A stretch of 64,000 nucleotides of DNA from Ylistrum balloti. Taxonomy: Eukaryota. The DNA lies in NCBI RefSeq assembly GCF_031769215.1, contig NW_026782093.1, positions 248,001 to 312,000 on the forward strand, read 5' to 3'. This document shows positions 36,201 to 49,493 of the stretch, piece by piece; position 1 is the stretch's first letter, and each line of letters starts with the position of its first letter. The notes under the pieces were generated by a model, which saw only the letters and a program-made list of their open reading frames with translations, did no database searches and was not told the DNA's origin. The translations under genes were made by a program, and so were the position numbers.

Positions 36201-39200
36201 GACCTGAATAATAAGAAAAAATAAATAAAATAAAGAGTCAGTATTTGATTGACAAAGAGATACATTTTTGCCAAAATCATTTAGCTGAATTAATAATTTC
36301 TTTTTATAATTATTACAAATCAGATTAATCTTGACATGTATATATAATAAATTTTTTTAATTACAAATATATAGCATGTCCCTTTTTTTGGTCCTACCTG
36401 TTGGGTGCTTCGTACATGGTTCTGTATCAACAATGAATGAAATTGGTGAATAGAGTTGTCCTCATCCGATTCGCTCTCTACCTCGCGGGCCAGCTGTGAA
36501 AGATTGACAATTCGTTTGATTAAGTATGTTGAAATAAGCAAGATATTTAATAGAATTTTTCAAACTAAGTAAACAACTTCTTATTAATACCGATACATAC
36601 ATACTACCATGATCATTTTCTTGAATTTCCTTAGTATGATTATTATTCCCAGAATTGAACAGAGGTTAAGATTGTTTGCCAGTTTTACCACCCATCTGGC
36701 ATCATTTTGAAGTGGAGTCTCCTTTCAGTATCTGGTGGCTACTTCAATGAACAATATACTGGAGGCCCATTGCATGCCAACCTGAACAATTAGGGTTACT
36801 TAATGCCCTGTAGGTCAGCACAGATGGGTTGGGCAATGGGTACAGAGTGTAGAACCACACACCTTGGATCTTTACATGACTCAGCGTAGTCTAAATCTCC
36901 AATTGACTGAACCTCCACCCAATAGTTATGCTAATCTTATTATTTCTCTAAAACTGTTGTTAACAATTAAATGTTGTGTATTACACTTACCTGTTGCAGT
37001 ATTTGCTTTCTCATGGTGTTCTTTTCCTGTCTATCACTCTTCAATGGCTTCCTACCCAGTTTAGGTATGACCTTCATTTTGGAGACCATTTTTGTTCTCT
37101 TGGTGTACATGTCAGATAATGACACTGACCTTTCTAGAGGCTTGGTGACTTTGCTTTCAACCACAAGGTCATCAAATATATTGATGTCCTTGACCTTTGA
37201 CAATGAAGAAAGGTCACTGTCAGAGAGAACCCGTGCTAAACCTTCAGTTGAGCACCAGTACCGTTTTAAACTGAATGTCTGAAGGAGTTGAAGGTGAGCG
37301 TAATACTTTGTCGATGACTCGAGATTTCGGAGTGAATCATCCAGCAGTTTGTCACAGGAATTGGTTGAAGCTTCCCATTCATCCTTCTCCTCAGGAATAT
37401 CAGAAAGGAAATTCTCCTCACTGATATTAAGTGTTTGTACATGATGAAAAACAGGAAGTGATGGGAGAGAACTCCGTTCATCAGTTTCCTCCTCTTCGTC
37501 CACGTCCAATCCTGGAATATCCATACTATTATCAGGCATCGGAGGATCACACTCCTCTGGTACCTCTTCTGAGTTGACCTTATTGACCTCTCCACTCCAG
37601 TGATTTTGATGTATTTCTGGAACAAACATTTTAAAATCATCACCAAGTGACCTGCGATTGAGATTTCTCCGTTCCTGCGTGTCCTTGCTACTAAGCTTAC
37701 TATCCATGGACGGAGATTTTCTCAGGGGAAATTTCATGAATTTGCTATCATTTTGCTTTTGGTTTTCAGCCTCGAAAAGGATTTTCATGGCCTTGACTCG
37801 TCCCAAGGACCCACACACTGCTGCACGATCTTCACTTGAATTAGAATTCTGTGAAGAAAGACTGTGGGTGGAATTTCTCATTTCTGTGCTGTGAGTTGAA
37901 CTATCCATTGCTGAATCAGGGTCAGAGGTCAAATCTGGCTTACTAACTTTCACCACTGTCACAGGTGCAGGCGGTGGTTCATTAACCTTAGCTATTGTCT
38001 CTTTTTTGACACCCAAATCCTTATTTTGTATGGAGGCGTCGTTGAACTTCTCCATAGCTTCTGGTTGAATATCACTTGACATTGTGGAATATCCATCGTC
38101 CTTACTACCTGATCTTTCAACTTTTTCAGCCTTGTCAAAACTCAACTCGGCCGACACAATGATTTTCTGGTTCATTTGAACCTCTATCTGAGGTTCTGTA
38201 GCCGTTGTTGTGTAATCCACATGTTGTTGATGGTGGTAAGCATCGGTTTTAATTTCCTGACATTTTGGTAACACATCTTTTAAATCCTGCACAATCGTTG
38301 TTTCCTTTTTGTTATGTCTGAATCCAGGGGATTGCAGCCCCATACGAATTCCAGGTGACCTCCTGCCTGTGGAAGGTTTGCTTGGAACAGGGGGTGGTGG
38401 CCCCTTTCTCTTTGTGAGAGAATTTGTCAGGTTAGGAACAGTTTCAGACGAACTTGTCATCACAGCAGCAGGCCTATCTGGAGATATGAAATCACGATTT
38501 TCTAATGGAGTTGTTTCCCCTGAATGAACTCCTCTTGAAGAAACGTTAGGTGGAGAAGGCGTGCTTTCTGATGAAGTTTGACTCACATGAGATCTTGGTT
38601 TAACTCGACCCTGTTTGATTTGATGATACTTCCTTGCGAACCTCGGCGACCAGGTTTCATCACTATCAGAACTGTCTAAACTTGAAGAAGAAGAACTATA
38701 TCGTTGATGCATGAACTGTTTTTCACGAGGAGCTAAGATAAGTGAGCTAGGGCGCTGCGTGCTGTGTTTTCGTTTACTATGTTGCAGGGAATTACGTTTC
38801 TTTGGAATGTATGGACTTCTTGGACATTTGCCTTGGTTCTGAAGTTCACTGTTTTCAGTGTCTTGTATAATATCAGGTTTACCATGAAGTCTAGCACCTG
38901 GAACTCCTTTGTCATGGATTTCTACATTCTTTGAATCAACCCTCGACTTTTGGCGGTCACAATGCCTGTGGTATTTTTTCACGAAAGATGGTGACTCAAA
39001 GAAAGCAAAGTTTTCTGTTGTAAAATCTTCTTCCAATAAGGTATCTGTGTCATCACTATTGTCTAGGATTTCATTTAATGATATTGTAGAGGTATTGCTG
39101 AAGTCTGCGGACACAGGTCTATTGAAGTCACTATCCTCGTCACTGTAATCATAGAAGTACTGGCCATTTGGCAGCAACGGAACTCGAGGAGGACTTCCAA

Positions 39201-42200
39201 ATGTTTGGCGTAAAGCTGCCATCTTATCTTTCACTTCAGCCCCTGCACTTGAAGTCATGACCTTAAGGTCCATTTCTTTTCTAATTCTGTGGCCTTGAAC
39301 TTTGCCACAACTACTAGATTTCACATTGTCTGAGAATTTCTTGTTTCTTAACAAATTATCATTTGATTCCTGAGATTTTAAGGGTAGTTTGGAGTGGGAA
39401 GATACTTGAGGAATGGACTTTTGCATTTTTCCACATCCTGAGTTACTTCCCCTTTTAATAGGTATTGATGAAGCAGAGGAAGACCGTTCTCGTTGTTGGA
39501 ATTGGCTGAATTTGCCAACTGAGCCACCTTGTGGATTTCGGACAGATTTCGGAGCATGAGTGTTTGTCACCCCTTTGTCAATGTGGTCTGGGTGTGACAC
39601 ACTCCGCTTTCCTGACATTGCATCACTCTGCATACAGAGTTCACGTTGACTCCCTGACAGGGAAGTTTTTGATCCGTTAGACCCTGCTTGACCTAATTTG
39701 CTCTTATTGAGTGAAGCTGTTGACCTTGTTTTTGCTGACCTTGAGTTTGAATTTGATTGTAAAGAGGAAGTTGATGAGCTTCGTTGCCGTTTTTGATTGG
39801 CTCGTTCCATAATGTTGACATGTTTCATTTTCGGACTTGAATTATTAGCAGGAAACTCAGTTTCTATTTTTGTCCTACAGTTAAATTCGTTGTTTTGTTC
39901 ACCACCAGAGGGCACTTTGGTTGAACCAGCAGAAGACGCAAGTCCATGTTGTTTCTTTTGCGGACCACTGTGCTCTGCAGACCAGACAGGCAAACTCATT
40001 TGGGGTTTTCCAAGACTGTCATCACAGGTCTACAAAACAAAGAAGAAAGATGAAATTTTCAATATTTTAAAATAACTCGTCATTAGAATCATAATTTTTT
40101 CCTTATTTCATTTATTAGGCAGAGTTAGTTTGTAATTAAAAAACATAAATTTTCATCAACTGTCTTTTTTACGACTTTATTTTTCTAGCAAATCAAGAAT
40201 TTCTAAAACTGGAAATATTTTGAAATTACGATGTATTAATATCTTAATGATAGAGGGTACAGTATACAGCACTTTTTAATTAAGTCTTCAGCTTTTATAA
40301 AGTTGGTTAATAATAGATTAATAAATTAAAAAAACATGCAAAATTTGAAAAATTAATCAAAGAAGGTTTAGATTATCTACAGGAGAAAAATATGAAACCA
40401 GGATTTTAACGGGAACCTTTATTTGTTGATTTCATGGAAAATCTACTAATGTATATGTCCATGAAATAACAACTCAAAGTTGACAAGGATTTGACTATGA
40501 GTTAGTTTTAACCCTGAAATCAGCGCTGATGAAAATGTTTATTTTTAGAAGAAAAAAAAAACAACATTTGAACCCCACAAAAACACCTGATTTTAAAGTA
40601 ATTGTATCACAATAGATAAAAGAAGTATACAAAAAAAATTTATTTAAGAGGTTAAAGAAATGCACACGTACATAATTACTACATATACTGTGTAGAGAAT
40701 CGGTACACTCCCCAGGCATGTACTGGCCAAGGCATTTCTGGGCCACTTTGGTCTGTAGAACGTACTGGGACATAGGGGAGAGATGCTGAAAGATGAAGAT
40801 ATTTCTACTAAGACTCTATAAACTTTCTAAAGATCATGCAAAATCTATCAAGATTGGGAGAAAAATGTAAAAAATGGCAACAAGTCCAAACATAAACACT
40901 GATGACTTCAGTCACTGTAAACAGAAGAATTGAATTCGTTGTGAACACCTTCATATCACAAATAATAACATAATTAAAGTTCACAAACATAATACATCAT
41001 TTACATATTTCAAGTGCTTTTAAGAGATAAGTATATTTCAAGAATATTTCATCTCTTGAAACAATTAAGTAGAAAAAATCCTTGATGAAGAAACCATACA
41101 CCTTATTTTTATCATTATCTAGCTTAAAATGATTAAGCATGTGATTTTCAGAAGTGCCGGACATTTTCTATTTGCCTACCATAGTCTGTGTGAGGGCCAT
41201 GGCCGTGGAAGAAATCTGTTCAGGTGTGGATGTGGAGGTCACACTTGCGCTCACTGTTGCCATGGATACGCTTGGTAAGACAGCGTCCTGAATAGAGGGG
41301 TCGTACTTAACCTTTTGCTGGAACATGCTGTTCAGTTCATGATTCTGGTATTCGAGGTCTTGGACTCGTCCTTGTAGCTTCACACACTCCTCTCGCAGGG
41401 TCTGTAAGGTACATAAATCAAGGTCCAATAAGGTCTTCAAAAAAGTCTTCTCTATCTGGCTCTTGAAATTCTTAATGACAATTCTGAACCATGTTACAAT
41501 CAGAAAGACTCATTTTTACAATCTGAACACAAAGATATCAATTACTTTTCAAATCTCCACAAAGTACTTATACTTAGATTTATTTCAGAAGTCAATTTCA
41601 GTGATATTAATATAAGTAAAAAATACTCTCCTTAGAACTTCATAAAGTTTAACAAAACAATAGTATAACTGTCTTAAAAAAAATAGCAATTTGAAAAAAA
41701 AACATACAAAAATGTTTGAAAACCTTGTATTACACATGCCATGTCTATTTCCTAATTGATCTAGCCTATCGCAATTTGCATGGGTCAACATGTTTATTCC
41801 CAAGTTAGACAATAAAAAAAAACTCTCATGAAAATCTCTTCTGCCATCAACAGTTGGCAATTCAACAGTTAGCTACCATTGAAAATGTGAAGATATCAAA
41901 TATCCAATCAGCTGGAAGCTAACATAATGGATCGATAGCCATCATTTATTTGAAACAGAATATTTGATTAGTTAGATTATATCTGAATAATTTCCACTCC
42001 AAAAAGATGGCAGAAATAAATAAATTGAATAAAAGAGCTGAAGTCTGATTGGTCAATTGACAATCTCCACTGATTATAACCGATCAATATGTTATGAATG
42101 CAATAATTTGATTGGTCGGAGACTGTCATCTCACAATTTTCTCACCAAGTTTGTATACATGGTCGTGTAACCATATGGAATTAATCAAACATTCATCTTG

Positions 42201-43447
42201 ACATCCGGTTACCAATACTTCAGCCCTAACTAAATCAAATTTTATCAATATAATTTGATGAATAATTGAATGTGACTGAACATTTAAATTTGAAACGGAT
42301 TATTTTACTTCTGTCCATCAAGTCGCCAAACTAGGAGGCACCACTGAAATAAATGTGGCTCACGAGGGGTGACCATGCAGAGGTATTAATGCTGCAGCTT
42401 CCTAACCTGATTATATATAGGTCTGTTATTTTATCCGCTGTCTGATAATTCACCAAAAATGTGCCCTATCATACATAAAATGCTTTATATCTACAATCAC
42501 GAGTCACGAAGGACATCGTATGTCTGCGGTCTTTTCTGTAAAATCTGATCAAAAACAGACATATTACCTAGCTGTCGGAGAAATTGTGACAATTAGAGGA
42601 ACAAGCTGATTACTGTCACATGTCACAATATAAAATTTACAACAAATAAATATTCAGTTTCTAAAATTTCTTTAAACAAACATCTGAACGTTTCACCTAA
42701 TTATGATTGAACTCTGACCTTTTGAGCCAGTAAGGCCTGAACAACTTGATTAGCGATCTCGTCGAGACACTTCTCATACTGTTGTCGTTGTTGTTCATTC
42801 TCCATCACCAATGCTGAGTTCTCCGATTCAAGCATTTTGAGTCGACCGAGTAACAGTTTTGTACGATCGTCCATCTTTCCGCTGATCGGCTGCAAGTATT
42901 TCATTATAAAACTGACTGACTCAAACCAGATCAAATATCAAATTCTTGAAATGAATAAACAATTTGATGAAAAGTGTTTTCAAAAAATGGAAAAATTAAC
43001 AACAATTTAATTTAATCTCAAAAATTACTGACATCCTAATTTACTTGCGAATGTTTACTTTTGATACAAAAACTGAAAAAGCTGAAACTAACCTGAGACT
43101 CAAATCGCTTGACATCATTGAGAAGCATGATATTTTCCCGTTCCAGCGTGCTGATGTGGTTACGGTACTTGTGCATGTTGTTCTGTGGGAGAAAATGATA
43201 TCAATTTAAAATGAATATATATATCTATCACCTGATGTTAGGAATTAATGAAACATGAATGGTATTTATTAAACGATTGATAATTGATGTAAACAATTTG
43301 CAGTTGTTATCGGTCTAACATGAGTCGATTTCTACAGAGTTAATATTGCTCCTTACCTCATAAGTGATGGATAGACTGGACTTTTCTTGCTTCAGCTGGT
43401 CAATCTTAGATTTATACTGCATCATATTTCTCACAGTCTCCTCCATC
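33282..43447 (-). CDS. NCKAP5: Nck-associated protein 5 / 5-like (NCKAP5/NCKAP5L, CEP169) homolog, 5' end not located
   Basis: Exons 43447-43357, 43182-43093, 42889-42719, 41401-41180, 40029-36991 (3039 bp), 36493-36398, 36203-35292, 34734-34620 and 34255-33282 join in frame (5710 nt, ~1900 aa) with canonical ag/gt sites. (R)MEETVRN and RLKMLESENSALVMENEQQRQQYEKCLDEIANQVVQALLAQKTLREECVKL match the NCKAP5-family coiled coil. It is probably a co-ortholog of both vertebrate genes. Confidence 0.85.
40672..40785 (-). CDS. Probable additional in-frame exon of the NCKAP5-like gene
   Basis: 114 bp, phase 0-0, with acceptor atcttcatctttcag| and donor tat|gtacgt. Open frame HLSPMSQYVLQTKVAQKCLGQYMPGECTDSLHSICSNY, between two phase-0 junctions. 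Confidence 0.55.
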
Positions 43448-46400
43448 CTGTCAATGACAAAAGAAAGCCACACATAAAATACTAGGAAATGCAAAGTAGA
43501 AGAAAAAGATATTCTATTTCAATATTAACCATAGATAAAGTGAAAGCATAATATAAAAACAAAACAAATTTTGTGATGCACACATGACAGCACCAGGAAT
43601 CTCATTACTGATGTCACGCAATCCATTTGACGAAACTTCCACCGTCACACTGCCACAATTTATGGAATATCTCTTCCATTTTGATCTGATATGCAATATA
43701 TCTTACTAAATTTTCTATCTCACAAAATCAAATCTTGCCAAGAAATCTACTATCAAAAGTCCCAATCAAGTAAGTATATATGTAACGTCCAAATTATCCA
43801 CACAACCTGTTTGTTATCCGATACGGAGCCTGGGTTGTTCGTGTTCCATTGTTAGAAATCTCACACAGAAAAACACTTGGCCTTTCATACCAAAACTTTC
43901 ACATGGTGTAAATTTAATAATTTGAAAATTTAGAAGTGTTTTTACTGAAAAACAAAACCAAATGCAGATGAAAACCAGCTAAAAAAACCTGACATTTACC
44001 AGGCTTGAAACCAGCATGACTGGTATACATTTTCAATTAACTGAATAACCCTAGTCAGTGTGGGCAGTCATCGTAAAAAACACACTGGGTAAATCAGATG
44101 TTTATTTTAAAACTTTATGGACGAACTGGATCACATCAATGCTAGATTTTACCTCTACACCAACAGAACTCATTCTGTAATCAACGTTAAATGAAGGAGT
44201 ACAAATTGGATCATAAGAGTGAAATTAAATGACGGCTGCCAACAAAATCTCTGTGAATCCATGTCGGACAGAAAAAAAAAAAAAAAAACGAAAAAAAAAA
44301 ATTTATAGTCGAGCAAATGCCACCAAGTGACTATTGGATTAGCGCATAGGGAGATTGAGCTGTACGGATAAGGTTAATCTCTGTTTCTCATTACATGTGC
44401 ATTGCATGGTTAATGCATGTCATTAATAGTTAGCAGCGTGGAGACATTACGATGTGGCATGTTTATACAGGATGATAATGAATTAACACAACCTAGCCAA
44501 ACCTTACATTTATCCATTAAGTCTTCTGCTATTTCTGTGTAAAACTGAATTCCTATTTCGTGTAGCATATTTATTCACCTGTTTTTGTTAGTGTCATAAG
44601 CTACCTACATGTTTTTTTTGCCAGTGTCATGTGACTTAATCAACATATGATTTTGCAGCGTCATGTGACTCTGCTATTAAAGTTTTGTATGCCTCAGAGT
44701 CATGTATTTTTATTTTTTTTTTTAAACTTTGACCAAATGGATTGGCTGCTCTGCTATTTCTGTATTTATATGTATAGTGAACTGTTTGAAGATACTGCAT
44801 ATTTTTTAAACATTAGCTTTAAATATTTTTTTTTTTTTTACAAACTCTTGTACTTTTGTTTTTTAAGTGTAGGATGGAATTCCAAGAATGTCATGAAAGA
44901 AACGCATGATAGAAAATAGTTCACCGCAGTTACTTCATTTACGATTCCAGTCTAACAGGATTCATTGTGTAGGAGTTCAATTTAACATTCAAGGCAGCAC
45001 TTAATTGTCTCAAATTGAATCAAAGCATGTACTTTACACGTCTTCTATCTTACTTTATAACCTTCTGAAGACTGACACAAAATTCAACTTTTAATTCCAT
45101 ATTGATTGGCTGAAATCTCATCGCGACACACGAGTGATTGGCAGATCCATCAGAATGTGATTTGACCCATTAAAACAAGCGGACATCTTAAAACACAATG
45201 ACTGTGATGATGAAACAAGACAAAAAATAAAATCACAATAGCTACACTATAGTTTCTTATGTCACTGCAAACATCTTTTCACATCAAAATACTATCATTT
45301 AATTTGTATGTTGTCATAATAAATCCACTGACACTTTCAACATCAGAATTCATTTTTTTAGTTGAAATAAACAGTATAAATGTTATATTTTAAAAGAAAA
45401 CAATGAAAAAGAGATAAAAAAAATCTACAGATATTAAAAAACATTCTGTGCAATCCAAGTCCTACTTTTGACACGACAGAATAAATGTTGCTGTGACAAT
45501 CTGATAGTGACCCAAGCTCCCAAGTGACAAAGATTAATCTTGGTTGTCTGATTGTTTTTATGAGATAGATCCACACCATTCATTTTGGCTAAAACGTTTT
45601 TAAAATTAACAATGAGTCATATGAATTAGGTCAAATTTTATTTATAACCTTTACTTGTGATTTTTTAAAAAAAATTCTATGGTAAAGTTTTTGACTTCTG
45701 ATCCCTATTCCCTGCAGTGCTTTGCAAATCCCACTGTGGAACTGCGGTCATAACAAACGGCTGTGAAAAATTCACAGGGAAAAAAACCACTAATGTGCTT
45801 TATGCCCTGATGAAATCTCAAGCTTCAATTAAACTTCTATTAATTATTCAAAGAATTTATAACTTTCTCAAGTACTTCTTTGAAGTGTTGATTCAAATAC
45901 ATTTGTGTATTAAATTAGTTCCCTTAATTCTGACTGTGGGAGCGAATTCCTTTCCTTTGCGATTTTATCAACATCTCACCATACTCACAGTAAGAGGAGG
46001 TTAAAATTCTCTATTATAACAGTTATTATGATGCAAGAATTTCACATTATTCCTTTGATCCTCAAAATGAAGGACTGTAATGTAGTTATGACAGTTTACA
46101 GACTGTACTATGAGTTACCATACAGTTCCTTCCATCCGAACCTTTGATTTTCTGAATCTCCCCTCTTGAGCTGTAGAATTATAGGATTCTCTTTACAATT
46201 CATTTGATAAGTTCCCTCCCACAACTTATTAAGGTATATTAAGGAAATTCCTTTGTATTCAAAATCTTAAAAATTTTCTTTGTGAAACAAAATTATGGTT
46301 GACCTATGTTATGTATACAAATGTCAAAGTCTTGAATTTCAATTTTGCCAGTGTACTGTCAAATTCAACCTAATGATTCAGCACACTGTGAATGATGACA

Positions 46401-47470
46401 ATTAAGTCAGAAAGACAGCACTCCTTATTTGGTCAACATCTAAATAATTGATATGGCTTAAATGTTGCAAAAAAATATTCACATGTGGATGTATAGTTGA
46501 GAGAAATAAGATTATACAACTCCTGTTTCTTATAAAGAAACACGTCAGAGAGTCAGGGAGTCAGGGACCCTGGTATAAGGCTTGCAGTACAGTTTTCTTC
46601 CGATAGAATTTGGTTTAAAGACAGTTAAATTTATCTGAATTTTGCTTTTTTTAAAAAATCTTTTTCATTGTAAATGTTCGATACTGCCTCCTTACTTAAG
46701 AGAAAAATGAAATTGAAAAAAAAATCCAAATAAAACAGTTACAATAATAAATAAAAATACATATATATATCTTTAATTATGTCATTAATTGGAAATTACA
46801 CTCAAGTTTTCTATTGTTTTCAATGTAAAGTGACCTTATCAGACACAACAGGTGTCTACAGAGAGGGTGGGTGTGTGGAAGTCTATTTCAGACAACAGAA
46901 AATGATCATTATTGCAGGAGTCTGCATGTGTGCATTCCACATCTCCACGTGTCAGATAAGGGAGATAAAGCACCACATTTCACCATAAAATTGTGAAGTT
47001 ATCTCCCGTTATCACCTCAAGAATTACTCATTGTCCGTGAGAGCTGAACATGAATCCCATCAAACCATTTGGGAGATCAACCTTTACTTGCCTATCATGA
47101 AAAACAATTGTAACATGAACCATTTTTCAAGTGATCTATTTAAGATGTAAAATGGTAGCTCTGTGAATTAATACAGACCAACAAAACTAATCAGAATCAG
47201 GCAGATAACTGCAATTTGAACCTAACGTGTCACTATTGACTGCTGTGTTTAACCTTCTATGCAGGTTTCAACCCCCACCCCCCCCCCCAACCTCCCCTGG
47301 AAACTGCCCTTACAACTCCCTTCATACAAATATCATTATACTTGTATTGTAAGCTACTTTCAGAACTTTTATGTCCTTTACATTGTTTCTTTACCCTCCC
47401 CACCATTTCATCCTTTCCTGTTCCTTTATAGCCCTCCCCCATGATTTTTTTTTTCTGTCCCTTAAATTCA

Positions 47471-49170
47471 TAACCCTCTCCAATGTTTCACCCTTTCTAA
47501 CCATCTCCTATGTTTCAAGCTTTTTCCTTCCTTTCTAACCCTCTCCCATGATTCAAGCTTTCTCCTTCCTTTCTAACCCTCCCTCATGTTTCTCATCCCT
47601 TTCTAACAATCCCTCATGTTTCCCATCGCTTTATAACCCTCCCTCATGTTTCCCATCCCTTTCTAACCCTCCCTCATGTTTCCCATCACTTTATAACCCT
47701 CCCTCATGTTTTCGCATCCCTTAAAACACTCCCTCATGTTTCCCATCCCTTTATAACACTCCCTCATGTTTCCCATCCCTTTATAACCCTCCCTCATGTT
47801 TCCCATCCCTTTATAAACCTCCCTCATGTTTTCCATCCCTTTATAACCCTCCCTCATGTTTCCCATCCCTTTATAACCTTCCCTCATGTTTCCCATCCCT
47901 TTCTAACCCTCCCTCATGTTTCCCATCACTTTATAACCCTCCCTCATGTTTCCCATCCCTTTATAACACTCCCTCATGTTTCCCATCCCTTTATAACACT
48001 CCCTCATGTTTCCCATCCCTTTCTAACCCTCCCTCATGTTTCCCATCCCTTTCTAACCCTCCCTCATGTTTCCCATCACTTTCTAACCCTCCCTCATGTT
48101 TCCCATCCCTTTATAACCCTCCCTCATGTTTTCCATCCCTTTATAACCCTCCCTCATGTTTTCCATCCCTTTATAACCCTCCCTCATGTTTCCAATCCCT
48201 TTATAACCCTCCCTCATGTTTCCCATCCCTTTATAAACCTCCCTCATGTTTTCCATCCCTTTATAACACTCCCTCATGTTTCCCATCCCTTTATAACCTC
48301 CCTCATGTTTCCCATCCCTTTATAACCCTCCCTCATGTTTCCCATCCCTTTATAACCCTCCCTCATGTTTCCCATCCCTTTATAACCCTCCCTCATGTTT
48401 TCCATCCCTTTATAACCCTCCCTCATGTTTCCCATCCCTTTATAACACTCCCTCATTTTTCCCATCCCTTTATAACCCTCCCTCATGTTTCCCATCACTT
48501 TATAACACTCCCTCATGTTTTCGCATCCCTTAAAACACTCCCTCATGTTTCCCATCCCTTTATAACACTCCCTCATGTTTCCCATCCCTTTCTAACCCTC
48601 CCTCATGTTTCCCATCCCTTTCTAACCCTCCCTCATGTTTCCTATCCCTTTCTAACCCTCCCTCATGTTTCCCATCCCTTTATAAACCTCCCTCATGTTT
48701 TCCATCCCTTTATAACCCTCCCTCATGTTTTCCATCCCTTTATAACCCTCCCTCATGTTTCCCATCCCTTTATAACCCTCCCTCATGTATTCCATCCCTT
48801 TATAACCCTCCCTCATGTTTCCCATCCCTTTATAACCCTCCCATGTTTCATCCCTTTATAACCCTCCCTCATGTTTCCCATCCCTTTATAACTCCCTCAT
48901 GTTTTCCATCCCTTTATTCCATTGTTTTCCATCCCTTATATAATCCCCCTCCCTCATGTTTTCCATCCCACCCTCCCTCATGTTTTCCCTTTATAACCCT
49001 CCCTCATGTTTCCCATCCCTTTATAACCCTCCCTCATGTTTCCCATCCCTTTATAACCCTCCCTCATGTTTCCCATCCCTTTATAACCCTCCCTCATGTT
49101 TCCCATCCCTTTATAACCCTCCCTCATGTTTCCCATACCTTTCTAACTCTCCCTCATGTTTCCCATCCCA
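47471..49170. repeat. 30-bp C-rich minisatellite, roughly 55 units
   Basis: Unit ccctcatgtttcccatccctttataaccct with variants, degenerate at both ends. It produces the spurious MGNMREGYKG ORFs. Confidence 0.96.
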
Positions 49171-49402
49171 TTATGACTGCCCTTACATTTCATTCTATGT
49201 TGTCCCTTGACTATAACATGCCATATTTCACCCCTTTCCTTCCCTTAATTTCCCCCATGTTTCAGCCTTTTTTGTCCCTATATAACCCCTGTGATCCCTC
49301 ATATTTCACCCGTTCCCTCCCATTTAGAACTCTCTCCTATGTTTCGTTCTCTTCTCCCCTTTTATTACAAGTTTACAAGTAGCAGTCCGATACCAGCATG
49401 AC

Positions 49403-49493
49403 CTGTTGTAAATACTGGCAGTGTTAGAAAGGGAAGGCTGCTGTATCACTGCTGACTCCATGTGAAGTAGCTTTAGTGAACTGTAAAGAGCTC
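49403..49493 (-). CDS. Candidate upstream exon of the NCKAP5-like gene
   Basis: Flanked by tgtatacag| and ag|gtcatg. Frame GALYSSLKLLHMESAVIQQPSLSNTASIYN(R) ends in phase 2, which is what the 43447 exon (R|MEETV) needs. No homology support. Confidence 0.3.

Noticed and set aside
36660-36900. GC-richer intronic stretch as a further NCKAP5-like exon
   Set aside because: All three - strand frames after the best acceptor hit stops.
33383-40075. Alternative-frame and antisense ORFs overlapping the NCKAP5-like exons (and likewise the MCT exons)
   Set aside because: They are expected shadows of long coding exons, with no independent evidence.
47471-49170. Interstitial telomeric repeat (ctaaccct)
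   Set aside because: Only isolated single TTAGGG-like words occur within a longer unit, with no tandem telomere repeats.
47663-49382. Repetitive ORFs (MGNMREGYKG)n and (HPFITLPHVS)n
   Set aside because: They are by-products of a 30-bp (multiple of 3) minisatellite. They are open on both strands, broken by stops and indels, and have no splice context.
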